Positions 30,199 through 40,329 of a DNA stretch of 64,000 bases are shown piece by piece. The stretch covers positions 1,637-65,636 of the forward strand of contig CAISER010000025.1 in the NCBI GenBank assembly GCA_903884375.1, in the 5' to 3' direction. Under the pieces are notes generated by a model, which saw only the letters and a list, made by a program, of their open reading frames with translations, did no database searches and had not been told where the DNA came from. A program made the position numbers and the translations under genes. Source of the DNA: Candidatus Collierbacteria bacterium. Lineage in GTDB: Bacteria; Patescibacteriota; Microgenomatia; UBA1400; MFAQ01. How positions within the stretch are numbered: position 1 is the stretch's first letter; the number at the start of each line of letters is the position of its first letter.

Positions 30199-33100
30199 TT
30201 ATTGATTTTGTTCTTCATTAGTAACACCCGCTTCAGCGGCCTCTTCCGAAACTTCTTCTTTTTCAATATCGGCCTCTTCTTCATCTTCAAAAGTGGCGGC
30301 TTGAAGTTCTTCGCTCATAGCTGTTGCTTCGGAAATTACAGCGGCAACTTCCGGTTTTATAGAAACGGCTTCTTCTTCTGCAACTTCAACTGAACCGGTG
30401 GGAACAATGGCAAGGCCAAGAGAATTTAATTCTTTAACAAGAACTTTAAAAGACTCTGGAACCGATGACATTGGAATGGTTTCGCCTTTAACTATTGATT
30501 CAAAAGCTTTGGAACGGCCAACTACATCGTCGGATTTGATTGTAAGCATTTCTTGAAGTGAGTAGGCAGCTTTGTGTGCTTCGAGAGCCCAGACCTCCAT
30601 TTCTCCCAAACGCTGACCACCCATTTGAGCTTTACCTCCTAATGGTTGCTGAGTAACAAGACTATAAGGTCCTATCGAACGGGCATGAGTCTTGTCTTCG
30701 ACCATGTGATTTAACTTGATGATGTAGGAAACACCAACAGCGGTTTCTGCTTCAAATGGTTCACCAGAACGACCGTCAAATAGTTGAATTTTCCCGGAAA
30801 CTGGAAGGTTGGCTTCTTTTAAGGCGTCAGCGATTTTGGCTTCAGATACATTTTCAAATACTGGAACAGAATAACGTTTGTTTAATTTACTTCCGGCAAA
30901 ACCGAGCTGAGCTTCAAGCAATTGACCTAAGTTCATACGAGCCAGTACGGAAAGCGGAGAAATAATAATATCAACAGGAGTACCATCAGCCATGTGAGGC
31001 ATATCGGCGGTGGAAACTATTTTACTGATAACTCCTTTATTTCCATGTCGTCCGGCGACTTTATCTCCAACGGTAATTTTTCTTAGTTGAGCAACTTTTA
31101 TTTTGATTTGTTTGATGACACCGGCGTCAAGTTCATCTCCCTCATCACGGTCTAAAATACGAACGGAGATAACGACTCCTTGTTCACCATGAGGCATACG
31201 AAGTGAGGTGTCTCTCACCTCTCTTGCCTTTTCACCAAAGATAGCACGAAGTAATCTTTCTTCTGCAGTAAGTTCAGTTTCTCCTTTGGGGGCAATTTTC
31301 CCGATAAGAATATCGTTTGGGCCAACAACGGATCCAATAGCGATAATCCCTTCGTGATCAAGATTTCGAAGGTCTGTTTCGGCAACATTAGGAATGTCTC
31401 GTGTCAACTCTTCAGGTCCTAGTTTGGTATCCATAACATCACAAGTGTGTTCGTGAATGTGAACTGAGGAGAGTAAATCCTGACTTACACAACGATCAGA
31501 AACAACAATGGCATCTTCATAACCCAAACCCTCAAAAGCGGCATAGGCGATTAAAAGATTTTGTCCAAGAGCTAGTTCACCTTTTTCAGCCGCAGGACCG
31601 TTGATAATAACATCACCTTTTTTAATTTTATCGCCAACATCAACGAGAGGATGTTGGTTGTAAGAAGTATCTTGAGAAGAGTTGTGATATTTTCTGATAT
31701 TGTAGGTAACTATGTCTTTGTTTATTTCGACAAAGCCATAATCAAAAGGCGAGATACTGGATGTAGCAGTTTTGGCATCAATATCAGAAAGTTTAAGAGA
31801 AATATGATCAGCATCAACAGAAATTACTTCGCCGGCAAAAAGAGATTTAATTGACCAACCCATACTTTGAGCAACAACGTTTTCCATACCTGTTCCAACG
31901 ATAGGAGCAGATGGTTTTACCAAGGGTAATGCTTGAGTTAGGTGGTGAGTGCCCATGAGAGCACGAGTGCCTTCGTCTTGTTGGATGAAAGGAATAAGAG
32001 AAGCAGAAGTACCAACAACCTGACGAGGAACGACATCGATATATTGAATTAAGTCAGCGTCAACTTCAATATATTTTCCTCTAAAACGAGCCGGAACCCA
32101 TTTTTGAGTGATGACGTCACCTTCACGTTCAATACCGGCATGAGTGATATAAGCATCTTCTTCGTCATCAGCAGCTAGATAAGTAATCTCTTTACCGATA
32201 ACCATTTTACTTTTACCTCCCTTGGTAATTTTTTCGACTTTAAGATAGGGTGATTCCAAGAAACCATAATCATTAACTCGGGTGTAGAGAGCAAGATAAG
32301 TAACCAAACCAATGTTTGGACCTTCTGGAGATCTAACCGGGCAGATACGAGAGTACTGAGAAGCATGAATATCACGCATGGAGAAACTGGCTCTTTCTCT
32401 GGTGATACCTCCCGGTCCCATAACGGAGATACGACGAAGGTTATCAATTTCGGATAATGGATTAACTTGATCAAGAATAGAAGAAAGTCTGTTTCGTCTA
32501 AAAAATTCAGTAATGGCAGAGATAATAGGACGAGGGTTAACAAAAGCGGCGGGGGTAGGAAGTTCATCTGGTTTGGCAAGAGACATCTTTTCTTTAATTG
32601 AACGTTCAAGCCTTAATAGTCCTGCCTTAAAAGCAGTTTGATTGACTAACTCGCCCACACAACGCAATCGACGATTAGCCAAGTGATCGATATCATCAAC
32701 CTTGCCATGACCGTTTTGTAAACCAATGAGATATTTAATAGAACCAACAAAATCATCGATGGTCAAAGTAATATGCTGTTTATCTACTGGAGTCGCTAAG
32801 CCAAGTTTACGACTCATCTTGTAACGACCGACAAGTCCTAGGTTGTAACGGCGAGAATCAAAAAACATTTGATGGAGTAAAGCTTTGGCATTTTCGAGAA
32901 CAGCCGGTTCACCGGGACGAACTTTTTGATAAAACTCGAGAAGAGCTTCTTCGGTGTTTGTAGTGGTGTCTTTTTGAAGAGTGGTGGCGATATATTGATG
33001 GTCTTTGTCGACATCAACGTCGGTAAAAAGTGCCAAAATTTCTTCGTTGGTACTAAAGCCTAATGCACGAAGTAGTGTGGTCGCAGATACTTTACGATGG

Positions 33101-33642
33101 CGGTCAATCCTGACAGAAACGTGATCATTACGACTGACAAGTACTTCCAACCAAGAACCGCGCATTGGCCGTATTTCAGCTTGGTGAATAGCACGACCAG
33201 AGTGAGGGTCAACTTCACGGGTGAAGTAGGCTCCTGGAGATCGAACTAACTGGTCAACGACTACACGTTCGACACCATTAATAATAAAGGTGCCTGTGGT
33301 TGTCATCATGGGAATATCGCCAAGGAAGATTTCCTGTTGCTGACTATCTTTTGAATGAAGGTTAGTAAGTTTGACGGTTGCCCAAAGAGGAGCTTCAAAA
33401 GTAACACCTTTTTCAATGGCTTGTTTGGGGGTTATTTTGGGAAGTCCAACACGATTGGAAAGAAATTCAAATTCAAAAACCTTACCAGTAAAATCTCTAA
33501 TTGGATTTAACTCGATCAACGATTCACGTATACCATCTTCGATAAATTGTTTGTATGAGTCTAATTGAATTTGAGTCAAATTCAATTCTGGTAATACCGG
33601 GTTTATAGTTCCCCAGTTTTCACGATTGGTTTGTTTATTCAT
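30199..33642 (-). CDS. rpoB: DNA-directed RNA polymerase subunit beta
   Basis: GRHGNKGVISKIV and GGQRLGEMEVWALEAH motifs with an acidic C-terminal tail. Start placed at the ATG at 33642 (MNKQTNRENW...). Confidence 0.95.
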   Translation of the reverse strand: MNKQTNRENWGTINPVLPELNLTQIQLDSYKQFIEDGIRESLIELNPIRDFTGKVFEFEFLSNRVGLPKITPKQAIEKGVTFEAPLWATVKLTNLHSKDSQQQEIFLGDIPMMTTTGTFIINGVERVVVDQLVRSPGAYFTREVDPHSGRAIHQAEIRPMRGSWLEVLVSRNDHVSVRIDRHRKVSATTLLRALGFSTNEEILALFTDVDVDKDHQYIATTLQKDTTTNTEEALLEFYQKVRPGEPAVLENAKALLHQMFFDSRRYNLGLVGRYKMSRKLGLATPVDKQHITLTIDDFVGSIKYLIGLQNGHGKVDDIDHLANRRLRCVGELVNQTAFKAGLLRLERSIKEKMSLAKPDELPTPAAFVNPRPIISAITEFFRRNRLSSILDQVNPLSEIDNLRRISVMGPGGITRERASFSMRDIHASQYSRICPVRSPEGPNIGLVTYLALYTRVNDYGFLESPYLKVEKITKGGKSKMVIGKEITYLAADDEEDAYITHAGIEREGDVITQKWVPARFRGKYIEVDADLIQYIDVVPRQVVGTSASLIPFIQQDEGTRALMGTHHLTQALPLVKPSAPIVGTGMENVVAQSMGWSIKSLFAGEVISVDADHISLKLSDIDAKTATSSISPFDYGFVEINKDIVTYNIRKYHNSSQDTSYNQHPLVDVGDKIKKGDVIINGPAAEKGELALGQNLLIAYAAFEGLGYEDAIVVSDRCVSQDLLSSVHIHEHTCDVMDTKLGPEELTRDIPNVAETDLRNLDHEGIIAIGSVVGPNDILIGKIAPKGETELTAEERLLRAIFGEKAREVRDTSLRMPHGEQGVVISVRILDRDEGDELDAGVIKQIKIKVAQLRKITVGDKVAGRHGNKGVISKIVSTADMPHMADGTPVDIIISPLSVLARMNLGQLLEAQLGFAGSKLNKRYSVPVFENVSEAKIADALKEANLPVSGKIQLFDGRSGEPFEAETAVGVSYIIKLNHMVEDKTHARSIGPYSLVTQQPLGGKAQMGGQRLGEMEVWALEAHKAAYSLQEMLTIKSDDVVGRSKAFESIVKGETIPMSSVPESFKVLVKELNSLGLAIVPTGSVEVAEEEAVSIKPEVAAVISEATAMSEELQAATFEDEEEADIEKEEVSEEAAEAGVTNEEQNQ

Positions 33643-33778
33643 CCGTTTTTGGATTGTAAGGAAAGCTAAATAACAATGGACAACATACAAAAACCTGACC
33701 GACACAAAATCCAGCCAAGTTTATAGCAGTGGCACAAGGATATCATAATATTGAGGCCGTTGTCAACCTGGAAATTTC

Positions 33779-34768
33779 TTAATTATTACAGTCTTTTTGA
33801 AGATAGACACAAATGTTATTGTGGTGCTGTTCTATTGTATTGGCAAAGTGAATAATGCCTTTTGTATCATGAAGATAAAACCAGGCAGAAGTTTTTTTAG
33901 GAGAAGCTGCAGCTTTTATGGCAGCGGCGCCAGGATTACATATTGGTTTTGGTGGTAGACCTTGATTTTGATATGTATTGTAGAGAGATTTTATTTGAAG
34001 ATCGGTATTTGAAAGACTTTTAGGCCACCAGTCACAGACTAAGTTTTTGCATCGGGCGGAAGAAAGAGCAAACTGAATAGTGGCATCAATCTGAAGAGGC
34101 CATTTGGCAGCGAGTCTGTTTTCTATTACTCCGGCAATTTCAGGCATTTCTTCTGCTGTGGCGGCTTCCCTTTCTAGAAGTGAAGCTAATATAAGAATAC
34201 TGTTTTGATCTTGTATATTAATTTTCGCTTCATTTAATACATCATTAAATCGGTTTTCCAAACGAGTGATAATGTCCGAAGTGCTGTCTTTGGGATCAAA
34301 ATCGTAAGTATCTGGAAATAACTTGCCTTCTTTGTTTTCAGTTTGATTCATAAATTCCGTCAAGGAAAAAGTTTTTCCTTCAATGTTTTTGAAGGCGTTG
34401 TCAAAAATGAGAGCGATTTCTTGGCGTCTTAAACCTTCCGGAATTGTAACTCTAACTTGTTTGGTACTGGCATGAGTGAGTGCTTTGGCAATGTCGGTAA
34501 TACTCATATTGGGAGAAAGACGAAAATATCCGGCTTGGACATTACTGCTAATTCCCATGGTAACAACGGTAATTTTAAATGCACTTCTGGATCTTATTAA
34601 TTGTTTGGTGCTTAGTTCCTGACCGATGCGATCGATACCCCATCCTGACACAATTTCGAACTCGACAGAAGGCAGCTGTTTGTACGTAACCGGTCTAGTG
34701 GCAAGGTAAAACCAACCAAAAAATGCGATGGCGATAAAAACAAGGGCGATAAAAAGACGTTTAAACAT
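33779..34768 (-). CDS. mltG: endolytic murein transglycosylase MltG (YceG-like)
   Basis: N-terminal TM helix, LILASLLEREA, and YNTYQNQGLPPKPICNPG motifs of the YceG family. Confidence 0.85.
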   Translation of the reverse strand: MFKRLFIALVFIAIAFFGWFYLATRPVTYKQLPSVEFEIVSGWGIDRIGQELSTKQLIRSRSAFKITVVTMGISSNVQAGYFRLSPNMSITDIAKALTHASTKQVRVTIPEGLRRQEIALIFDNAFKNIEGKTFSLTEFMNQTENKEGKLFPDTYDFDPKDSTSDIITRLENRFNDVLNEAKINIQDQNSILILASLLEREAATAEEMPEIAGVIENRLAAKWPLQIDATIQFALSSARCKNLVCDWWPKSLSNTDLQIKSLYNTYQNQGLPPKPICNPGAAAIKAAASPKKTSAWFYLHDTKGIIHFANTIEQHHNNICVYLQKDCNN

Positions 34769-34772
34769 GTGA

Positions 34773-34979
34773 CTAAACTTCGCTTAAAAGGGCACGTCTG
34801 TAGGTTTTTGTCTTTGGGTTATAGATAAAAATACGGCCACATTTACAAGTAACCTGATTGCATCCTTTTATTTTATTTGAAGGAGTACTTTCGCCTTCAA
34901 TTAAAGGTGTGCCACAACCAACGCAGGAACCCTTGGAAAGAAGCCAGGCTTGAACCGGAGCAATAATATTCTTAAACAT
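34773..34979 (-). CDS. small zinc-ribbon protein
   Basis: 68 aa with CVGC...CKCG cysteine pairs. Sits between ruvX and mltG with 4-nt spacing to mltG. Confidence 0.5.
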   Translation of the reverse strand: MFKNIIAPVQAWLLSKGSCVGCGTPLIEGESTPSNKIKGCNQVTCKCGRIFIYNPKTKTYRRALLSEV

Positions 34980-35001
34980 ATTTATATTGTATCAGTAGTG
35001 A

Positions 35002-35400
35002 TTATGACAAAAGATTTTCGAGGTAATCTTCCAGAATAATGGCGGCGGCGGTTTGATGTTCACTTTTTTTTCTTTTGACGATGGTTTTTCCGGTTACTTT
35101 TAAAAGACTTCTCGCTGAACGAGAAGAAAGATCTTCGGAAAAGAGAACTATCTCGCCGGAGAAAATTTTTTCCAGTTCGGATTTGACGGCATCAGCATAC
35201 TCAACCAATGGACCATGAGGGGGAATGCCGATAACAATAGTATCAGGATGGGTCTTGACGATTAAGGGGAGAAGTTTACCTATGAGCTTATCAATCTTTG
35301 ATTCAAAGATTGTCGCCAAAGGTTCTGCCAATATTCCTTCACGAGAAATGGCTAAACCGGTGTGGACAGTACCGACATCAAGACAAAGAATTGTGGGCAT
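35002..35400 (-). CDS. ruvX: putative pre-16S rRNA nuclease / Holliday-junction-resolvase-like YqgF
   Basis: ILCLDVGTVHTGLAIS N-terminus and the C-terminal SEHQTAAAIILEDYL, typical of the YqgF/RuvX family. Confidence 0.8.
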   Translation of the reverse strand: MPTILCLDVGTVHTGLAISREGILAEPLATIFESKIDKLIGKLLPLIVKTHPDTIVIGIPPHGPLVEYADAVKSELEKIFSGEIVLFSEDLSSRSARSLLKVTGKTIVKRKKSEHQTAAAIILEDYLENLLS

Positions 35401-35502
35401 AATTTATTATAGTGTAGATGATTATCCCATCTTTTCTTTCCCTGTCCATTATTCCTTTATCTATCGGCTCAAAGAGTGTTAGAAATAATTTAGCGAGGGA
35501 GG

Positions 35503-36255
35503 TTAGTTTTCGATTAAGGAACCCTCAACTACCAAGCGACGTAGTGTGGTTCCAGGAGGGACACAGGTCACTACTTTTATCGTTTTGGAATTGTAATTTT
35601 GTTTTAATACCCAGAGTTCAGAGGGTTTTACTTCAATTACTTTGGTAACCCGGTAGGTGTACTCTTTGTCATTGTATTTGACGAATATGTCCGAGCCAGG
35701 TTTTATTTTTGGAAGATTGGAAAAAATAGTGGTGTATTTTTGTGCATCAAAAAATTGGGGAAGGGTGGAATGGCCAAAAATAACCGGTGAGCCGACCTGC
35801 CCAGGAAGAGCTGTTTGAGGATACTGAACCAGATGTTTAGTAAGATCTTCATCAAAAAGACTAACTTTTGCTTCTGCTAGACCGAGAGAGGGAATCGAAA
35901 TGGTATAAAATTCCGGAATTTCTCCATCATTTTCGATAGGTGAATTGAAAAGCTGATTTTGAGTACTACCTGGGAACCAACTACTGGCTTTGGTGTAGTC
36001 TAAATCACTTAATACTTTGGGTTCACTATCCGAATTTGCTTTTGATTCGTAGTAAACAGGTGACAACAAACCTTGGTCTTTTGAGTTGAAAAGATTTATA
36101 TCTTTAAGCTGATAACTGACAACCGGATAAATAACTGCACCAAGAATCCCAAGCCCCAAAGCAGAAATTAGAGTAGGAATTGTTTTTAGATAGATAGGAA
36201 TTTTTTTCCCGGGATGCGGATTTTTTGCCGTAGCCTTTTTGTACCCGTAGAGCAT
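35503..36255 (-). CDS. sortase-family transpeptidase
   Basis: N-terminal TM anchor, catalytic His context VIFGHSTLP, the Cys motif KVVTCVPPG and a downstream Arg (TTLRRLVV). Confidence 0.75.
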   Translation of the reverse strand: MLYGYKKATAKNPHPGKKIPIYLKTIPTLISALGLGILGAVIYPVVSYQLKDINLFNSKDQGLLSPVYYESKANSDSEPKVLSDLDYTKASSWFPGSTQNQLFNSPIENDGEIPEFYTISIPSLGLAEAKVSLFDEDLTKHLVQYPQTALPGQVGSPVIFGHSTLPQFFDAQKYTTIFSNLPKIKPGSDIFVKYNDKEYTYRVTKVIEVKPSELWVLKQNYNSKTIKVVTCVPPGTTLRRLVVEGSLIEN

Positions 36256-36256
36256 A

Positions 36257-38419
36257 TTATTTCTCTTTCAGCTCAAACTTGATGTTTTTTAGAGGAATAT
36301 AGTTGGCAAAAACAGGAATTTTGGGAGATATTCTGATGGTCAGATGGTCAAAACCTTGGATTGTGGTAAAAAAAGGACGAATATCGGCGGCCGGTTTCCC
36401 TTTGATAAATCCAGCAGTTTTTATCTCATCAATTTTAGGAAAAAGACTGGTTTCCACATTTATTTTGGCTTCATAGAAACTTCCTTTATTGGTGGGAGTT
36501 TCAAGTTTCATGGAAGTGTTACCGGGAAAAATTTCCGAACCGGAAGAAATTTTTGGAGAAAGCTGATTCGAAACTAACTGAAATAATCCGTCTTCGGAAT
36601 AAACAAGTGTTTCAACAGAACCTTCTAAATCAAGGTTGAGAACGGTGGCTTCTTCACCAACATTTTTATCAAAAGTTTTTTTGGTATAGGTAAAATCAGA
36701 CAGGGCTAAGGATTTATAACCCGTTGTTTGATCCCCTGTCGATGATTGAATCTGGGACGTTATCTTTTCACCAGCGATTTGAAGTAATTTTTCTTGATCA
36801 ATTTTCGAAACTGCTTGAACAGCTCTCGACGTACCACCGGAAAAGTCTGAGTCCGCCACAGCTACAATGGTGTTTTTTGAGTAGTTATCAACTGAAAAAG
36901 CAGAATTTTTGGGTAGATTGTGATCGGCACCAATTTTAGTAGCAGTTACTTTTACGCCTGAGGCAATTCCATAAGCACCCTGAACAATACCGACATCGGC
37001 GCTTTTGGAAGCGATGGTAATAGCCTCAGTAATGAGATAAGAATATTTGCCATTATCAGATAAGATTGAAGCACCTGATTTTAGAATAATCGGAGCAGTT
37101 GATTTGTTGGCGACAGTGATAATACCATTAGCTTTATCACCAACTGTTGCTTCTCCAGTGGTTGGAATTTGTTCTTTGGCGGAACCGAAAACTGTTTTTT
37201 TGGTGGCAAGTAGAGTTGGCGAACCGGAAATAGTGCTCTCGGCTATTGAAATTGAAAATTGATCGTTAATTTTTTCAGGTTTGAAATATATAGAGATGAT
37301 TGCTTGGCCGGTAAAAAGATAAAAAACAAAGCCTAAAATCAAAAATGCGGGAATAATAAGAAGATATAACCAGGAAAATTTACTTATTTTTAAGTTTGGA
37401 AAGTGAAATTTGGGTAATGAAGGAAGGGGTAGGGTATATTTTTGTTTGGGAGTTTTTATAAGAAGCGGTTCTTCGGGTTCAATAGCATATTCCGATTCTT
37501 CAGGTTCCGTTACCGATTCTATAATTGGCTCGGGCGGAGCTTTTTCAAGTGAGTCTGGAGCGGTTGATTCTTCGTAAGAAAAACCCAATTCACTTATAGA
37601 AGATGGTGTAACTTCGGGGATATAAATATTTGTTTCTTCTCGCGGAAGACTTTCTTCGTGAGTGTCTTCGATAACTTGCCCGGTAAGGTACTGAACAGCT
37701 TCGGTTCCTCCGGTGAGAGCAATGGCTTTAATACTAAAATCAACTGCCAATACTTCAACTTTTGGCATGTGCTGAAAAGGAAGGCGTTCTTGCCACGGAT
37801 GTGAAGTTATTCGTTGTTCCTCTTCTTCCAAGACTCCACCGTTAGTGAGAATAAAACGAGTGGGAAGTTTTTCGTGGCCGATCACGGTAAGCCCTTCTTC
37901 TACATCTTGTGCGAGGTCATCTGACCTTGCAGCTTCTTCTGAAGAAGTAATTTCACCTTTTTCTATAATTGAAACAACAACTTTGGTGGTATAAATCTCT
38001 AACAGAATAGCTGTCGGAGGAATACCTTCAAGTTTTTTCATGTAATGGGCAATTGCCGAGTTTATGGGAACCATACCAATCGGGTTAAGGCCCAACTCTT
38101 TTACCAGTCTGGCAATAAGTTTCGTTTTTGAAGGATGTATTTTGCCGTCATGTATCCAAGAATCCGGCAAACCAAAAATGACTTTACGCGGTTCTGCTTT
38201 AATTATTTTGACAGCTTGTTCGAGAGAGGCATCAACACCATTAATAAGTGAGTCTTCATCGGTCCAAGACTCAAATGAACCGACACTTACAACCGAAGGA
38301 TTGCCATTGGCAATTTCCCAAAGGGCGGTTTTGATTAAAGATTCATGGATTTCGATGGCCAAAAAATATTCCGGTTCTGTGGATTTTGATTTGTTCCCAA
38401 ATAGATTTACAAGATTCAT
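36257..38419 (-). CDS. bitopic membrane protein: cytoplasmic PilM/FtsA-like actin-fold domain, acidic/Pro linker, TM helix, large beta-rich external domain
   Basis: The N-terminus FLAIEIHESLIKTALWEI...LGLNPIGMVPINSAIAHY...LEIYTTKVVVSII resembles PilM/FtsA ATPase folds. TM helix is FSWLYLLIIPAFLILGFVFYLF. The C-terminal ~350 aa is Ser/Thr/Gly-rich. Start placed at the ATG at 38419 (the track start is a TTG). Confidence 0.5.
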   Translation of the reverse strand: MNLVNLFGNKSKSTEPEYFLAIEIHESLIKTALWEIANGNPSVVSVGSFESWTDEDSLINGVDASLEQAVKIIKAEPRKVIFGLPDSWIHDGKIHPSKTKLIARLVKELGLNPIGMVPINSAIAHYMKKLEGIPPTAILLEIYTTKVVVSIIEKGEITSSEEAARSDDLAQDVEEGLTVIGHEKLPTRFILTNGGVLEEEEQRITSHPWQERLPFQHMPKVEVLAVDFSIKAIALTGGTEAVQYLTGQVIEDTHEESLPREETNIYIPEVTPSSISELGFSYEESTAPDSLEKAPPEPIIESVTEPEESEYAIEPEEPLLIKTPKQKYTLPLPSLPKFHFPNLKISKFSWLYLLIIPAFLILGFVFYLFTGQAIISIYFKPEKINDQFSISIAESTISGSPTLLATKKTVFGSAKEQIPTTGEATVGDKANGIITVANKSTAPIILKSGASILSDNGKYSYLITEAITIASKSADVGIVQGAYGIASGVKVTATKIGADHNLPKNSAFSVDNYSKNTIVAVADSDFSGGTSRAVQAVSKIDQEKLLQIAGEKITSQIQSSTGDQTTGYKSLALSDFTYTKKTFDKNVGEEATVLNLDLEGSVETLVYSEDGLFQLVSNQLSPKISSGSEIFPGNTSMKLETPTNKGSFYEAKINVETSLFPKIDEIKTAGFIKGKPAADIRPFFTTIQGFDHLTIRISPKIPVFANYIPLKNIKFELKEK

Positions 38420-38430
38420 GACGACAGTCG

Positions 38431-40269
38431 TCAAACAAATTGTAAATAAAGGCGGCGTGTCCCTGCGCCAAGCGACTCTTGTTTGACTATCTTTATCTTA
38501 GCAAGTTCTTCAGTGTTCGTCACGTGGGGACCTCCACAAATCTCTTTGGAAAACGGATTATTTTTGTTCCCGATGGTGTAGACACTAACAATATCAGGAT
38601 ATTTTTGTCCAAAAAAGGCCATGGCACCTTCTTTTATTGCTTTTTCTTTAGGCATTTCTTCGCGGGTGACCGCTTGTTTTTCTGCGATAGTTTTATTAAT
38701 TAATTCTTCGACCTGTAGGAGCTCTCCGTCTGTTAATTTTTCTGGGTGAGAAAAATCAAACCTTAGTCTTTGCGCTGTTAAATTTGAACCTTTTTGACCA
38801 ATATGGTTTCCAAGTATTTGACGTAGAGCCGAGTGAAGAAGATGAGTAACAGTATGATAAGCGGTGACTGTTTTTGAGTTGTCTTCAAGACCACCCTTAA
38901 ACATACCAACAGAAGCAGTCCGACTAAGTTCTTTGTGTTTTTCAAATTCGGTTTCAAATTGATTGGTATCGATTTTAATATCCATTTGAGACAAAATCTC
39001 TGTGGTAATTTCAATGGGGAAACCGTAGTTTTGGTAAAGGTCAAAGGCTGTTTTCCCATCAATGTGGGGGTTTTTTTGAAGTTCTTTAATTCCTTTATCG
39101 AGTGAGAAACCAAATTTTTTTATTTCTACCCTTATCGTTTCAAAAATAACCGGAATATCTTTTTTTATTTCAAAATATATGGGTGAGTAAAATTGACAGA
39201 CAAGTGAACTTATTGGAGCCATCTTTTCCAGTATTTCGAGATTGCCTGTAAGAAAATACATTTTTACAGCTGCGCGGCGAAGTAGTCTTCTTAAAACATA
39301 GCCTTGAGCTTTATTTGTGGGGAAAACTCCGTCTTTAATCAAAAAAGTTGCAGCAGTTAAATGGTCTGCAATAACTCGCATTGAGGGCTGATTGATAACA
39401 TCAGAGTAAGACTTACCAGATATTTTTTCGATTTCTTGAATCAGGGGGTATAGGCTGCTAATTTTAAACATATCCGGTTCGGAATTGGTAACTGCTTCGA
39501 GTCTGGTAAGCCCACCACCAAAATCAATATTTTTTCGAGGAAGCTCCACCAAAGAACCGTCTTCATTTTTAATATATTGCATAAAAACAGAATTACCAAT
39601 TTCCAAGAAACGTCCACATTCACAGTTGGGGTGACATTTTTCATTTTTAAATGGTGATTTTTCATGAAGCAGACGATTTTCACCAAAATCAAAGAAAACT
39701 TCAGAATCTGGACCGCCTGGTTCACCTGGGGGCATATTTTCCGGCACCCCTGCTCTAGACCACCAATTTTTATTTGACTGATAGGCAAAAATGCGCTCAC
39801 CTTCTTTTGCCGTAAGACCGACTTTTTTAAATAAATCTTGCCAGATGGCAATTGATTCAATATCCTTACCCACTCCAGAACCACCCCCAAATACCGTGAT
39901 AAATAATTTTTTAGGGTCAAGACCAAGACCTTCATCTTTTTTTGTTAAAAATGTAAAAAACCATTCGAGCTGTTTGTCTTTAAAATAATCGCCTAAAGAC
40001 CAGTTCCCTAACATTTCAAAAAAAGTGGTATGACGATTATCACCAATTTCATCAATGTCACCAGAACGGAAACATTTTTGAGAATCAACCAGACGGGTAC
40101 CAAGGGGATGTTTTTGACCTAATAGATAAGGCATCATGGGTTGCATCCCAGCGGAAGTAAAGAGAGTAGTGGCGTCACCTTCTGGAACTAACGAAGAAGA
40201 GGGAATAATGGAATGACCTCGTTTTTCCATAAATAAGAGATATTTCTGCCTTATTTCATTGATGGTCAT
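38431..40269 (-). CDS. alaS: alanine--tRNA ligase lacking the C-Ala domain
   Basis: FTSAGMQPMMPYLLG class II motif. Editing-domain metal motifs HTVTHLLHSALR and CGGPHV. The protein ends right after the editing domain (612 aa). Confidence 0.9.
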   Translation of the reverse strand: MTINEIRQKYLLFMEKRGHSIIPSSSLVPEGDATTLFTSAGMQPMMPYLLGQKHPLGTRLVDSQKCFRSGDIDEIGDNRHTTFFEMLGNWSLGDYFKDKQLEWFFTFLTKKDEGLGLDPKKLFITVFGGGSGVGKDIESIAIWQDLFKKVGLTAKEGERIFAYQSNKNWWSRAGVPENMPPGEPGGPDSEVFFDFGENRLLHEKSPFKNEKCHPNCECGRFLEIGNSVFMQYIKNEDGSLVELPRKNIDFGGGLTRLEAVTNSEPDMFKISSLYPLIQEIEKISGKSYSDVINQPSMRVIADHLTAATFLIKDGVFPTNKAQGYVLRRLLRRAAVKMYFLTGNLEILEKMAPISSLVCQFYSPIYFEIKKDIPVIFETIRVEIKKFGFSLDKGIKELQKNPHIDGKTAFDLYQNYGFPIEITTEILSQMDIKIDTNQFETEFEKHKELSRTASVGMFKGGLEDNSKTVTAYHTVTHLLHSALRQILGNHIGQKGSNLTAQRLRFDFSHPEKLTDGELLQVEELINKTIAEKQAVTREEMPKEKAIKEGAMAFFGQKYPDIVSVYTIGNKNNPFSKEICGGPHVTNTEELAKIKIVKQESLGAGTRRLYLQFV

Positions 40270-40329
40270 TTGAATATGAATTATAACAAGCTCTTTAAGA
40301 GAAAGTATAAGTAAAAGAATCCTGATTCA

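Noticed and set aside
39441-39935. Same-strand alternative-frame ORFs inside conserved genes: 164 aa in alaS, 155 aa at 56279-56746 in dnaJ, 144 aa at 32175-32609 in rpoB, 123 aa at 47508-47879 in the Lon-like gene, and 92 aa at 10406-10684.
   Set aside because: They are fully embedded in genes whose main frame carries unambiguous family motifs. Their translations are Leu/Lys/Val-rich with no motifs and no SD, so they are probably chance open frames.
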